From: Kudoa neothunni | Lineage: Eukaryota > Animalia > Cnidaria | Length of the DNA stretch: 64,000 bases | Assembly: GCA_964304625.1 (NCBI GenBank) | Contig: OZ199839.1 | Span: forward strand, 3,968,114-4,032,113 | Direction: 5' to 3' | In this document: positions 22,908 to 34,421 of the stretch, one piece after another | Layout of the letters: every line of letters starts with the position of its first letter | Position numbering within the stretch: the stretch's first letter is position 1 | The notes under the pieces: generated by a model | The model's input: only the letters and a program-made list of their open reading frames with translations | The model's database searches: none | Told to the model about the DNA's origin: nothing | Position numbers and translations under genes: made by a program

Positions 22908-25223
22908 GACTATATCTCAGGGAATGAATATCTCCAAAACTACCGCACATATTTTATTCATATTTTGCGTATTATCTAATATTTATTTAATTTAATTTTC
23001 TGTACCTTTTGGAAAAATTTGAAAGATAAATTTTAAGTAATACAACCACTCCGAGTCTGAGTCCATCAATAATCTAATGTAACTATCATAAAATTTTAAG
23101 TATTTCGATATAAAAGTAGTATCCTCCTTTTAAATTAGTATATATAAATGATTAATTTTTCACTAAAAAGTTATTTCAGCCTCCATTGTACTCTTTCGTG
23201 TTGGAATGGTATAAGATTAGTTTTAGCATGTTTATATATGGAATATGGTTAGTTTCCTTCGAAGATCTTTATATTGTTATAATAAAACGTATATAATTAA
23301 AATTTTGATTATCACTAACATTATCCTTCTTTTACAAAAATTGTGTATTTATCTGTGGATAAAGTCATACGGAAAAAGGTTTTTAAACGTGGGTCATATA
23401 ATAGAAAATAACAAATAAAATGTTTCAATCATTATTGACTGTAAAAAAAATTGAAATCAAAATAAATTCCGACAAAAGTTACAATAAAAACAAATTTTTC
23501 GATGGTTTTGGTTAATTTAACTTCCAAATTTTGTGGGGAACTTTTTAATAAAGCTATATGGTTTATTAATCTACTGGCGAAAATAACTAAGAGTCATGAT
23601 GACGTTCGTATCGTTCGTTTCCTCAATAAATATGAAGGTTTCTTGGCAAATACAATACTTTCAATTAGATATAATGGGTAACCGATTTTACGCACCAAAT
23701 AGGCACACATGCAAAAAGAAAATACAACAGATTTTTATTTTTTCAAACTATATCACAGGTTTTAAAAATCACGTAAGTAAATTGAGTAAATTTTATTAAT
23801 CTATATATATATATATATATATATATCTATGTACACATTAATTGTGAATTTCTTATTTGATTTCTAAAACAACAAAATTCCATTATTTTCAACTGTCGAA
23901 TATTCTTCAATGACATTTCAAAAATCTCTTCTTCAAATTTACACAATAAATTGTATTTTCAGTTGCCACCGTCTTTGGTATGTGCTTTAAATTTTGCACG
24001 CAATCAATTTTATCTCTTTATAAAACTTTACAGATGTTATTGTAACCACCTCCTGTTCGATATCCTTCATAGTTGATTACACAACGCTCTTATTTTCATG
24101 AATACCGACCATTTGATCTTTCATTATCTCCTACTAGAGCATCATTTCGTCAATTTCATCCTTTTTTATATTTCATTAATAGAATATAACGTGGAAATCA
24201 TGAATTGACGAATAGTAATTGTTATTTCATTTTTAGGAGAAAGAGTTTCAAAGAACTTCCATATTTCATGTTTTTCTTTAAATGTTCAACGCCTCTGGCT
24301 ATCAGTGATCACAGCTAGTGATTTCGTAAAATCCACAAGCGGTATAGAAATCGGGGAAGAAATGTACGTAAAATTGGTCACTACGGACTCTACCTACCTT
24401 GGAATTATTTGATATTAAGTGAAGATTTTATATTTTTTAAATGGAAATATTAATTACAATAAACTTTATAATATACACATTTAATATGAGAACTATTTAC
24501 TGTTGTTTAAAAAAATGCATAAAATCCACGATGCGTAAATGCGTAAAATCGGGTTCCGACTGTATAATTGGAGATATGTGTGACAGTAAAGAAAAAAGAA
24601 ATGTTTCATTATTTAATTTCTGATAATGAGAGATAGGAGACTCCTGTTGGTTGAATCGGGATCTTATTCATCAAAATTAAAAAACTTGACAAATAATGAG
24701 TTAAAACCTCATAAGGAACAATTAAATAATAGCGATTAAGCTGAAAGTAGCATAAAACTACCTTTATTAAAAGTTAACATCAAAATTTTATTATTATCTG
24801 ATTTTTAAACCTAAAAATTTCATCGAAAATATAGTCAATTGTAAGGTCAGGAGGAATTCATTTTCAACAATTGTGGATATAAACATATATACAAATTACT
24901 TATTACATCATTAAACCGAAAAATTAAATATTACATATCAAATTTATTTTCTGCATGTGATAACCGTTATATTTTATGATTTCTAACCCACATGCTCAAG
25001 TCGTTATATATTCCATTTCCTTTAGAAATATAAAATAATATGATAACAAAAATAATGAAAATTTTTATATTATTTTGTATCCGATAAATGAAAGATTGTT
25101 TATTTATCCAAATTTTCAAAAACATACAGAAAATTATGTTAAGTAAATATTAGATAATATGCAAAAAATATGAATAAAATACGTGCAGTAGTTTTGGGGA
25201 TATTCATTCTCTGAGATATAGCC
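22908..25223 (-). mobile_element. DNA transposon remnant with ~120-bp terminal inverted repeats; superfamily uncertain
   Basis: 22908-~23030 (GACTATATCTCAGGGAATGAATATCTCCAAAACTAC...) is the inverted copy of ~25100-25223 (...GTAGTTTTGGGGATATTCATTCTCTGAGATATAGCC). Confidence 0.7.
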
Positions 25224-25454
25224 ATGTCCAATATTGTTTCCCATGCAAATAGCCACTTTAAATAATGTTATTTGACTTCATCACTAAAAAATAAACGAGC
25301 TACTTAAGATAGAGACTGATTGTAGTTTTATAAATAATTGTTAAATATTTATTTCTAAGAACATTTTAGATATTTCTGCCAACTACTTATTGAGTTTAAT
25401 AACCCTGAATAATATAATTCCTTAGAAATCCTTAAATACATCACAAACCCTTTA

Positions 25455-27285
25455 CAACAGGTAACCAATGTTCGGCAATTTCAGACTTTCTTCCCTTAAA
25501 ATATTACTCTAATATTTTAAACCATACATTTGATTTTATTTGCCGTTCTTAATAATAATTTACACAAAATTTAAAAAATGAACATTCTAAAGTGGTTTCT
25601 TTCTATTATTAGCGCTTAAATGATTTTCCGTAATTTTTCAGCTATAGTCGAATTTAGTGGTGTGCCTTTTGTTACATTTATGTCTGTAAAATCTAAAAAC
25701 GGGGAAATAATAAACCTGAAAGATAAATTTATTGATTTTTTTAAAGTATAATAAATAGGAGTGCAAAAATACTACTTTTCGTAAATTTAAACTCTCTTTT
25801 ATTTCTACTCTAGATATCATCTTGATTAGGAAGAAAGATATAGTTTGATCTTTAAACTGGTTTGGCTTCTTCAGAGAGAATGAATTTTAAACAGTGTTAA
25901 AATCACGACATCGATACTTTAGTATATGACCGGGTGAATTACCTGAGATAATAGAAATTGAACTATCTGCCCATGACATTGTACATGAAAGAAATTAATT
26001 GACAAAAGAATTGTACCTAAGCGTAGTAATGACCCATGATTGATTTCTTGGTTTTAAATCACGATGGAATTTAAAAATATCATTGCCCATGGTGGTGGTG
26101 CTTATGTTGACTAAAGTTTTGTAGAAAATTGATAATCTAAATTGAAGGATTAAGTCAAAGGTAACAACGATGACTGTATCTATAATCTTAACGAAACAGC
26201 ATTATTTTAGTAGCAACAAAGAGGTCCATTATTTTTAATGCTATGTTTTATCGAGAGAAAAATATTCGAGCAGAGGAAAAAATCTAAAAAATAGTTACCG
26301 TTTTGCGGCATACATCTATGCCTAGAGGTTGCATTGAATCTCTTGTGACTGGAAATCACAAAGACCTCGTTATTTTAAAAATGCTAAAACATTTCTAGTA
26401 AAACACAAATCTAACAGGAAAGAATGGATGACCAGGGAAACATTTGCCAAATATTTTTCTAACTTTGACAATGAATTCAAAACGAAATACAAGTAAGTTT
26501 ACTACTTCTAAAAAATACCACTTGCCAAGCCGAAACTCATTTGTCCAATATCTCTGTTATATTCCTTACAAAAAATTCAACTAACGTTTTGCAACTATTA
26601 GACCATGGAATCGTTTTTTGATTCAAATAAAATTACAAAAATAATTTAACAGAAAATCATATTTCTGCAGTTAGCAGTGATATAAATACATCTACCCAAG
26701 ATTCGCTTAAAACATTGTTCATAATTAAAAAATCCTGGGACGGTGTTTCAAAGGATATTGTATTTAATTGTTTCAGCAAATATGGGTTTCCTTCAGCCAA
26801 TGAATGCGAGCGTTCACCGAATATTAATTTTAGAAATAAAGAATTCTCAGCTGGAAATTCCGAGATCAGTCAAGAGGAAGTCAATATGCCTACATCAAAA
26901 CACTTTGACGAGCTTACTCCCTTGGTTGTTGAATCCGCTAATTTTGAAACTAAAGATGAACGAATGGTAGAATTTATATCGTCAACAAATTCATTTAAAT
27001 GTTTAAACACGCAGAAGAAATATACAACAGAGAGGAATTGATTATTTGGACGAAATAATGAGTTAACATCATAAAATTACGGCATACACATTTAAAAATA
27101 ACATAAATTAACATATTGTTTCAATAAAAGTAGATGATTGTACGAATAAAATTAATTTCTTTAAAATAGGTGTATATTTGTTTATCTTCGCGCGCGCGGG
27201 ATGTTACGGAAAATATGTCACTGGCGCATTTTCAGTAACTTTTTCCATGGTCCCGAGGGGATTACAGAAAATCGGTTACCTACTG
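25455..27285 (+). mobile_element. Degenerate pogo/Tigger transposon
   Basis: TA|CAACAGGTAACCAATGTTC...GAAAATCGGTTACCTACTG|TA. DDE_1 remnants at 26340-26780: PRYFKN, KEWMTRETF, LQLLDHGI, KKSWDGVSKDIVFNCF. Confidence 0.75.
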
Positions 27286-28792
27286 TATGCAAAAATTTAT
27301 CCTATGAAATTGGATATCATTTAATTTACTCCCTGATATTTAAAATTTACCCCCAGTTGAAAATCCCCGCTCTAGCGGATTTGGGGTAGAAGTCTACCCC
27401 AATGAGACTTTGTCTATTGTATAATTTGTCATTTATAATTTCAAACTTTCTGAGATTACTTGTATTCCCTCAAAATTATTTTATTTGTATATGAAAATAA
27501 AACAATTTTTATCTATTACATTGGCGGAAATATACATTTTCCATCTTCTGATAGACCTTGGGGTAGAAAGCTACCCCACAATTTTTCTTTCTAAAATTAA
27601 AGAAGAAATAATTTTTAGTGTAATTGACGAGTTTAGGATTTTCTATAGTCTAGATCTTACGATATAACGCTTACAAACTATAAATATATCACGTGATTCT
27701 ATATAAAAACATTTTCGGGTGATGATATTTTTCGGAGGGAGTTCGTGAAATGATGGCAGAATTATTATATGGCTTACTAACGATGATAATCATGGCAACC
27801 AAAACTCTTAAACCGTGTTTAATGTTTATTCCAATAAAATGGGCTAAAAAACCAACGATGTGTGCGCAATTTGCAATGAATTTTGGTGTTAGGACCACCT
27901 AATAAATGTTTGTGAGTCTCGTTTGCATTAAATATGGTTTAGTTAGGACACAAAAAATAGGCTAAGGAATTATGTAGATTAATATTTTAATTTTAAAAGA
28001 TTTAATTAGAACAACACGCAGCCATTCGAAATCAGAATTAAAAACTAATAGGGCGATTGTTGGTGAAAGTCATATTCGTAGAATTATCGGGATTATTAAC
28101 GAATTTATTTTCACTATAACTCTTTATTATTTTTGTGTATCCACCAAAATCTTCAATATTTCTTCTTACGGAATTTTTTTGTAACAAGCGATAAAATAAA
28201 AATCTGGGATTGAAAACCACCTCAGAGTCTAACGGAGTGCAGTCGATTTTCGGTCCATTAGAGGGTTAAGGAGGGGTGATGGTTATTTCACAGGCAATTA
28301 ATATCTCATGTTAATCAATGGAATTATTCTAATTAAATATATATATATATATATATTAAAATAACTTATATAGATATGATTTTTTACAAATTTATAGATA
28401 AATACATGCATTACATATTTGTGGTGATATGATGGGTTAACACACTCGAACATCGACGCAACTCTGTTACAATAACGAGAAAATAAATATTTATTGTACG
28501 ATGAAGTCGCTGGAAATATTTATAATCATTTGTTCAAATGAATCACTAGTTTTCCATTTCATTCAACCAAAAGGATAATACGTACAAAAATATTACAAAC
28601 TAAGTTTGGGGACTTTAAAATTGTTTAAATTCAAGAATAAAGAAAAAAATTAACTTATTAAATATTTAAAACTGCAACAAGTTGAAGAAGGAATTTTATT
28701 AGGATTAAATGAGTTGAGTCAAAAAATACACGTTTATTCATAAAGGTAAAAATAAATCACAAGAAATATTGAATATATAAGTGATAATTTTT

Positions 28793-29322
28793 TCACCAAA
28801 TTTTCCTTAACTTCCAAGCACAATCCAGTACAAGGACCGTCGTCAATATATGGAAGCCATACAAAATGAGTACAGGGTAATGTAAATGGTCTTGACGGTC
28901 CCTAAGCATACGTACAATCACCAAAATTTTAGGGAAAAATTCTAAAAGATTGCACAGCAACATATAGACAAATAATGCGATTTTGGAATTGTAGTTTATA
29001 GCAGTTTTGCCGACAAAAATATTGAAAACAGAAAACAACGTGAGCGTTTCCAAATGGCTCCAAGGTATAGTATCAATATGGTAGCTTATCAACACCAATA
29101 AGCATTAAAGTAAGGTCAAACAACCCAAAGTTACCCATATTTGTCAGAAAAAAAACGAATCCAATTAATCAAACACATAAGCGCTTGAAGATAAAAGAGT
29201 CGACTTAGTGTGGACTTGATTTGGGCACTGATTCTGTATTTATCAGCAACCCTCTCTCGGTGTGTAAAATCACTTCCATCGGTTCCAGCAGGGCGTGCGC
29301 CTCCTCCTCTTTTTGTTGCCAT
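28793..29322 (-). CDS. JAGN1: Protein jagunal (ER membrane protein), 2 exons
   Basis: N-terminus MATKRGGGARPAGTDGSDFTHRERVA is the diagnostic jagunal motif. A 50-nt phase-2 intron (29085-29134) joins to a hydrophobic second exon 29084-28793. Confidence 0.92.
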
Positions 29323-29509
29323 GTTTATTACGCGGAAAAAATGAAAACTCAGCTAATGAGTTTCTTCGACAAAAATCGGCAATACTCGTCCCCAAGTGAC
29401 TTGTCCGGTTTACAATAGAAAATTACAGTAATGGATCAGTCGTACGTAATCCCCTTGGGGATGTGGAAACTGTACGTACCACCGGTCTCAGCCGGATAGT
29501 ATGTACTTT

Positions 29510-29521
29510 TGCGCAGGCGCA
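29510..29521. promoter_or_regulatory. NRF1/Ewg-like site TGCGCAGGCGCA, ~190 bp upstream of the JAGN1 ATG
   Basis: Matches the GCGCNNGCGC palindrome and lies in a relatively CpG-rich patch. Confidence 0.3.
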
Positions 29522-31287
29522 AAGAAGTATTAGAACACAAGAGTAGCTATAACTTAAATATTCATGAAAAGATAATTATTGTTTTTGTTTAAAGTACGAT
29601 CTAAAAATGAATAAACATCCGGAATATAATCAGACATTAACTCCTACTTTTTCGAGCCACGATGTTTAAAAAGTTGCCAAGACGTTCTAAGTAAAATAAG
29701 CCCATCTCTGAACGACTCAATTTTTTAACAATAAAATCATCCGTTTTTGAAATATTGGGGTGGGAGTGCCATTGCGCCATTGTTATTTCTATGAATTAGA
29801 GAGGACATCATTATAAATCACACTACTGTGTATCTACGACATGTGTCTATGTTTATCGTTCATTTTTCTACCAACTACCACATTGACGTAACTATACAAA
29901 CTTACTAATTGTTTCATTGTGGTAAAAAAGGAAGGAAACGCATAATTTAATCACGCGGTCAAAGCAAAAAGGTACACGTACGACCGATCCTCATGTAACT
30001 TTTTATTTTTCGTTGTTATGTACTAATTATACTCATAATTATTTAAAACGAGTATTAATATCATTAAATCATTTTAAGTACGATAGAATCTTTTAATATG
30101 TAAAATAACTAATGTACGTACGAGCGGTCCATTACTGCAATACCAAAGACAATTTAAATTTTATTTTATGCTTCATTTTAGGAAAATGTGGATCCTGGGT
30201 TAAATTAATTATGGTTTCAATTGATATTTTTGAAACGAGTGGCTCATTTAGGCTCCAGATCATCTTACTTTCTATTTCAGACGAGTCTTCGCGACATTCG
30301 GTTTCAACGCATTCATCAGACCATTCTAGTCAATCAGATAAGCTGTCTTCAACTTCATTACCATATAATTCCAATTCTTTAATAAATTCCGAAGGGCTAC
30401 TGCTCATTTTTACTTTTTAGAAAAAGAAGTCAGTATCATATCACAATGATATTTAATAAGCTGTCTATCATACTATAACTTAAATATAAAAAAATTTTCA
30501 ACATTTGTTGTTCAAGCTTAATAGACTACGATTTTTTTAATTTAAATGCCATCATATAATTTTTCGTTTTGTTGATTAACCTGTGAGAATAGATAGTCTT
30601 TTGTGCTTTAGATAATTTTATGATCGAATTAATATTTGATTTTTAAGTAAGTAAGTAAATAAACAAATAAAAATAATCTTACTAAATAAAGATTATTATA
30701 GTTGAAAAGTAAGGGGAAACGCACATTGTCAATAACAAAAGCATACGATGCAGTGGTAATTCTTTTTTAATGCAATTATTAGGGATTAATCTGTTGAATT
30801 AATAATATTCTTATTGCATTCTTTCTTCGTAATACAATATTATTTTACTGTCCGTTTTATAATATTTTGAATAAATTTATCAAAAAAATCTGCTGTAAAG
30901 TATCCCATAATGCAAGTAAAGATGAATTTATTTCTAAGCCTAATTAAAATAATATTTTTTGAAAATTTCTTCATCTTACACAACTTTAACGTAGTGATAA
31001 TAGCTAGAGCTTTGAGAAACTTTATGCGAATTGTAAGAAGTTGTAGTTATATTAAAGTCGACTTGGGATGTAATACATCCTACTTCATTAGGAAGTTAGT
31101 GGGCGAGAGAGACAACCATGCTATACAAGCAAAATATCTATTACAAGAAATATAATGTAAGTTATGCAGATAATTCTTGATGAGGAGCAACGAAATAGTC
31201 TTCATTTTTTTTAATCAAAGCCTTTTTATGTGAGCGTATTTTGGTCAGAACACTAAAAAAAGTGACAATATATAACAAGATAGACAA

Positions 31288-32351
31288 TTAATACATAATT
31301 GCAACAATCAAGACAAGCGGGAAAATAAAAGCTAAGGATAGAAGTATCAGTATGTAAGGTTGAAGAAGAACTAAAGCAATGATTAATAATAGATTCAGAA
31401 TTTTATTATAGAATAATATACATCTAATGGTGGGTTTGTTCGAACTGAGCGCAGTTACTATATAAAAATAGTTACAATAACAACATAAAACACCTAGATT
31501 CGATATCAATATGCGTGAATTTACATTTAACGGATTCTTCTGCCGAATATATTTGATCTTCGATTACATTATTGGCTGTGATAACCACCATAAATGGATC
31601 GTTGTTTGTAGTCGAAGTTTGGACAACAATTCTAATTTTTGAGGTATAGAAACCATCTTTGAATGTGGTTATATTATTGCTTCTATGTGAGTGAGGCGGT
31701 GGCTCAATATGGTAGGTTAATTTGTGAGCTGGTTGAGAGATGCATTCGCAGAGAATGACCACGGTGGTATTCCAAGATTTTTTCGAATCTACAACACATC
31801 TGAGTTCAGGCTTTCCTATAGAAGGTATTTAAGTTAGATACAGCAGTGATGCAAAATCTTACGAAACACCACAAATTTAATAATGGTTTCATTTTTTTGA
31901 ACCATATTCGAATCCTCATCAATCATCACAAGACTTATAAGAAGAAACTTGTTGTGCATCCTAGAGGTGACATTTGAAATAACGATATCATTTTTTGTCA
32001 TTTCAACGAGTTTTATATCGGGAGAATTGTGTGAGGAATCCATGAAAGAGTTTTCAGTCATTAATTTTTTACCCAATAGTTGAGTACGGTTGTTATTAAT
32101 GAGATAGATGTCGTATTTGACAACATATCTACTCGGCACTGCGTAACTCCATGAAATCATCGCAGTATCTTGATGGAAAACTTTGAGTTTATTCGAATTA
32201 GGTGTGCTCATTTTTACATATTGTGGCTCTAAATATGTATTTAATGGCTTTTTTTGCATCAAAACAAATTACGTTCCAATACGGTAGGGGGTTTGTTTAG
32301 GTGATTGGTGAAAATAGGAGCGAAAACAATGAATAATATGCCGAATTTCAT
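31288..32351 (-). CDS. Membrane-anchored protein with a signal peptide, two Ig-like domains and a C-terminal hydrophobic anchor (4 coding exons)
   Basis: Spliced product MKFGILFIVFAPIFT...AMISWSY...DIVISNVT...KFVVFRKPEL.C...VVILCECISQP...MVVITANNVI...NLLLIIALVLLQPYILILLSLAFIFPLVLIVAIMY*. GT-AG introns link ORFs 32259-32456, 31834-32262, 31472-31762 and 31288-31509. Confidence 0.65.
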
Positions 32352-33055
32352 TAGAGTGTATGTGTTAACCAACGCTTGTTCTACGCTTAGTGACACTGAT
32401 GTGTGTATTAGTTGTTGTGAGAGAATACCTGCATTTGGATTTTCAATCAAATACACACAATAATGGGTTTCTTGTGTTTTCAGGTGTCTTGGTAGTTGGG
32501 TTCCGAAAGAGGTTCACTTCCGTTGCGTCCACCTCATTTCCTGTGATCAAAATTAATATTCTTAATTATCACTTTCAAAGGTTCACCGCAAACGTGATGG
32601 TATAATTTGTTGGGGATGTTTTTTTGAATTAATTTGATTTGTTGAATACTCGACTTGTGTCATTCTAACCGCTACAGCAGTAATATGCTTACTTGGTTTG
32701 ACTTTATATAAATTTTCATCCCCTCGTAAATCACTTTTATATTTTATTAAAATTCTCGTACAGTAACAAAATTTAATCAATAATTGTCAAAATAATCATT
32801 CATTGGATGAGAATAGTAAAAATCCAACTGTTAACTCCAACATTCTAATCCTCTCTGGTTCTCCAGAGGACTGCCACCCTCCCTCAACATCCTGTTTATT
32901 CTATCATGTACCCACCAAAAATAATCCATAAATTGTGTTATATCAGGTATAATAACAAAACTAAAAAAATTAGTACAACAGAAAAAGCCTTAACCAATAA
33001 ATTAAAAGAAACACGCAAATCCGCGCTCAAATCTTCAAAGTTTATTCCTATATAC

Positions 33056-34421
33056 CATGGATGGCAAAACCATGGCTCGCGAGCCACATGTGGCTCTTTG
33101 GAAGTTATGATGCGGCTCTTGAAAAAATTTTTATTTGAATTTTTTTTAATTCAACCAACACATTAATTCAGAAAAGTACAACGTTTAAAATTTTTAATTA
33201 AGAGGAGAAATAAAATCTTTAAATCTAAACTAGATAATATCTTTGATTAGAAAACATAGTTAAAAACTTCCATATAGTTTTAATATTTGATAAAAATCAG
33301 AATTATTGCTAGTTTAATTTTGAAATACAATTAGAACTAGTGTCTACCCATTATCAAAGTAATAAATTTCAGAGGAATAAAACATCCATTAAAGCTTTAA
33401 ACATGATTCATAATCCCAACTCACCAAGCAAATTGTGGAAATACGTTCTAGAAATTAAATATTCAAAATGAAAATAAATTTTTCTCAAACTTGTTTCTAT
33501 CTTTGGAACCATTTATCGTTGTGAGTTTCTTTATTAAACGATGAAGTTTGTAAAATTGAAGCATCACCAATACCTTCCTCATAAACAAACGCCTGACGGA
33601 ACTAATTCGTGCAGCGTTAACAGCATACGAACCGGATTACCGTCGGCTCACTGATAATGTGGAAACATAAAAAATTTGTAACATTGGAAGCAATTTCTAA
33701 AAAAAATCCGGATGCATTAAATTTTCGTGTCATTACTTTATTCGTAAATATTTTATTTTATTTTTTTCCTGACTGCCATACATGATTAAATGTGAAAAAT
33801 ATTTCATTATTTTTTCGACCTTTTTAATAGTGAAAAAGTTTTTCGGATCGTTAACTACTAACTTACGTTTTTGGAAATACCATCATAAATTATACCTGTA
33901 CAAATCATATGTAAATTTTCCAGCGGTTAGCCGAATAAGAAAACATTAAAAAACCTTTATTTAAAATTCTACAACGTTATATCTTATTATTTACGAAAAA
34001 TTTCCCCAAAATATACATTTCAAATAAGGAAGAGGTGCATAAGTGATTTTAGTGCCTTGTGGCCCTTGAAAATTTGGGCAACCTTAAAGTTGGCTCCCGA
34101 TCTAGCCAAGTCTGACCAGACTTGCTTAGAATGGGAGCTGCATTTAATGAACTCCATATTTTTTGAAGCCATTAGGATTAAAAATTATCCTTCGGCTCGT
34201 GTTATTATATTTACATTTTGTCTAAAAATTATAATTAATAATGAATTAAGGTTAAATTCGTGTGTTCTTATTCAAGGTAACTGCATGACTCTGACTCTCA
34301 AAGTATCCGAATAACTTTGCGGGAAAAATTTAATGAAAAGCCAAGTCTAAATTTTTCAAGAGCCGCACTTCAACTTCGACGAGCCGCATTCGGCTCGCGA
34401 ATCGAGGTTTGGCCACCTCTG
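33056..34421 (+). mobile_element. hAT (Charlie/Buster-like) internally deleted element
   Basis: TIRs CATGGATGGCAAACC and GGTTTGGCCACCTCTG, with GGCTCGCGAGCC subterminal palindromes. TSD CTATATAC/CTAATTAC. C-terminal dimerisation remnant LVSIFGTIYRCEF at ~33490. Confidence 0.8.

Larger units (their letters stand above)
22575..27369. mobile_element. hAT-type element carrying two nested insertions
   Basis: Degenerate TIRs CAAGAGTTCTCAACGG and CAGTTGAAAATCCCCG (consensus CAGGGGTTCTCAAC). 8-bp flanks CCCTAATG and CTCTAGCG match at 5 of 8. Confidence 0.5.
22565..28265. mobile_element. piggyBac-type non-autonomous element whose left TIR is interrupted by a hAT insertion
   Basis: TTAA|CCCCCTAATG at 22561 and CATTAGAGGG|TTAA at ~28256-28269. 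GGGGTAGAAGTCTACCCC-type palindromes at ~27383 and ~27560 follow the hAT right end. Confidence 0.6.

Noticed and set aside
23802-23828. (TA)n microsatellites here and at ~28337 and ~42368
   Set aside because: Ordinary short simple repeats in AT-rich DNA.
29440-30420. Acidic minus-strand frame and repeated GTACGTAC..CGGTC motifs
   Set aside because: Probably another decayed piggyBac remnant, but the ends could not be defined. It contains in-frame stops, so it is not a gene.
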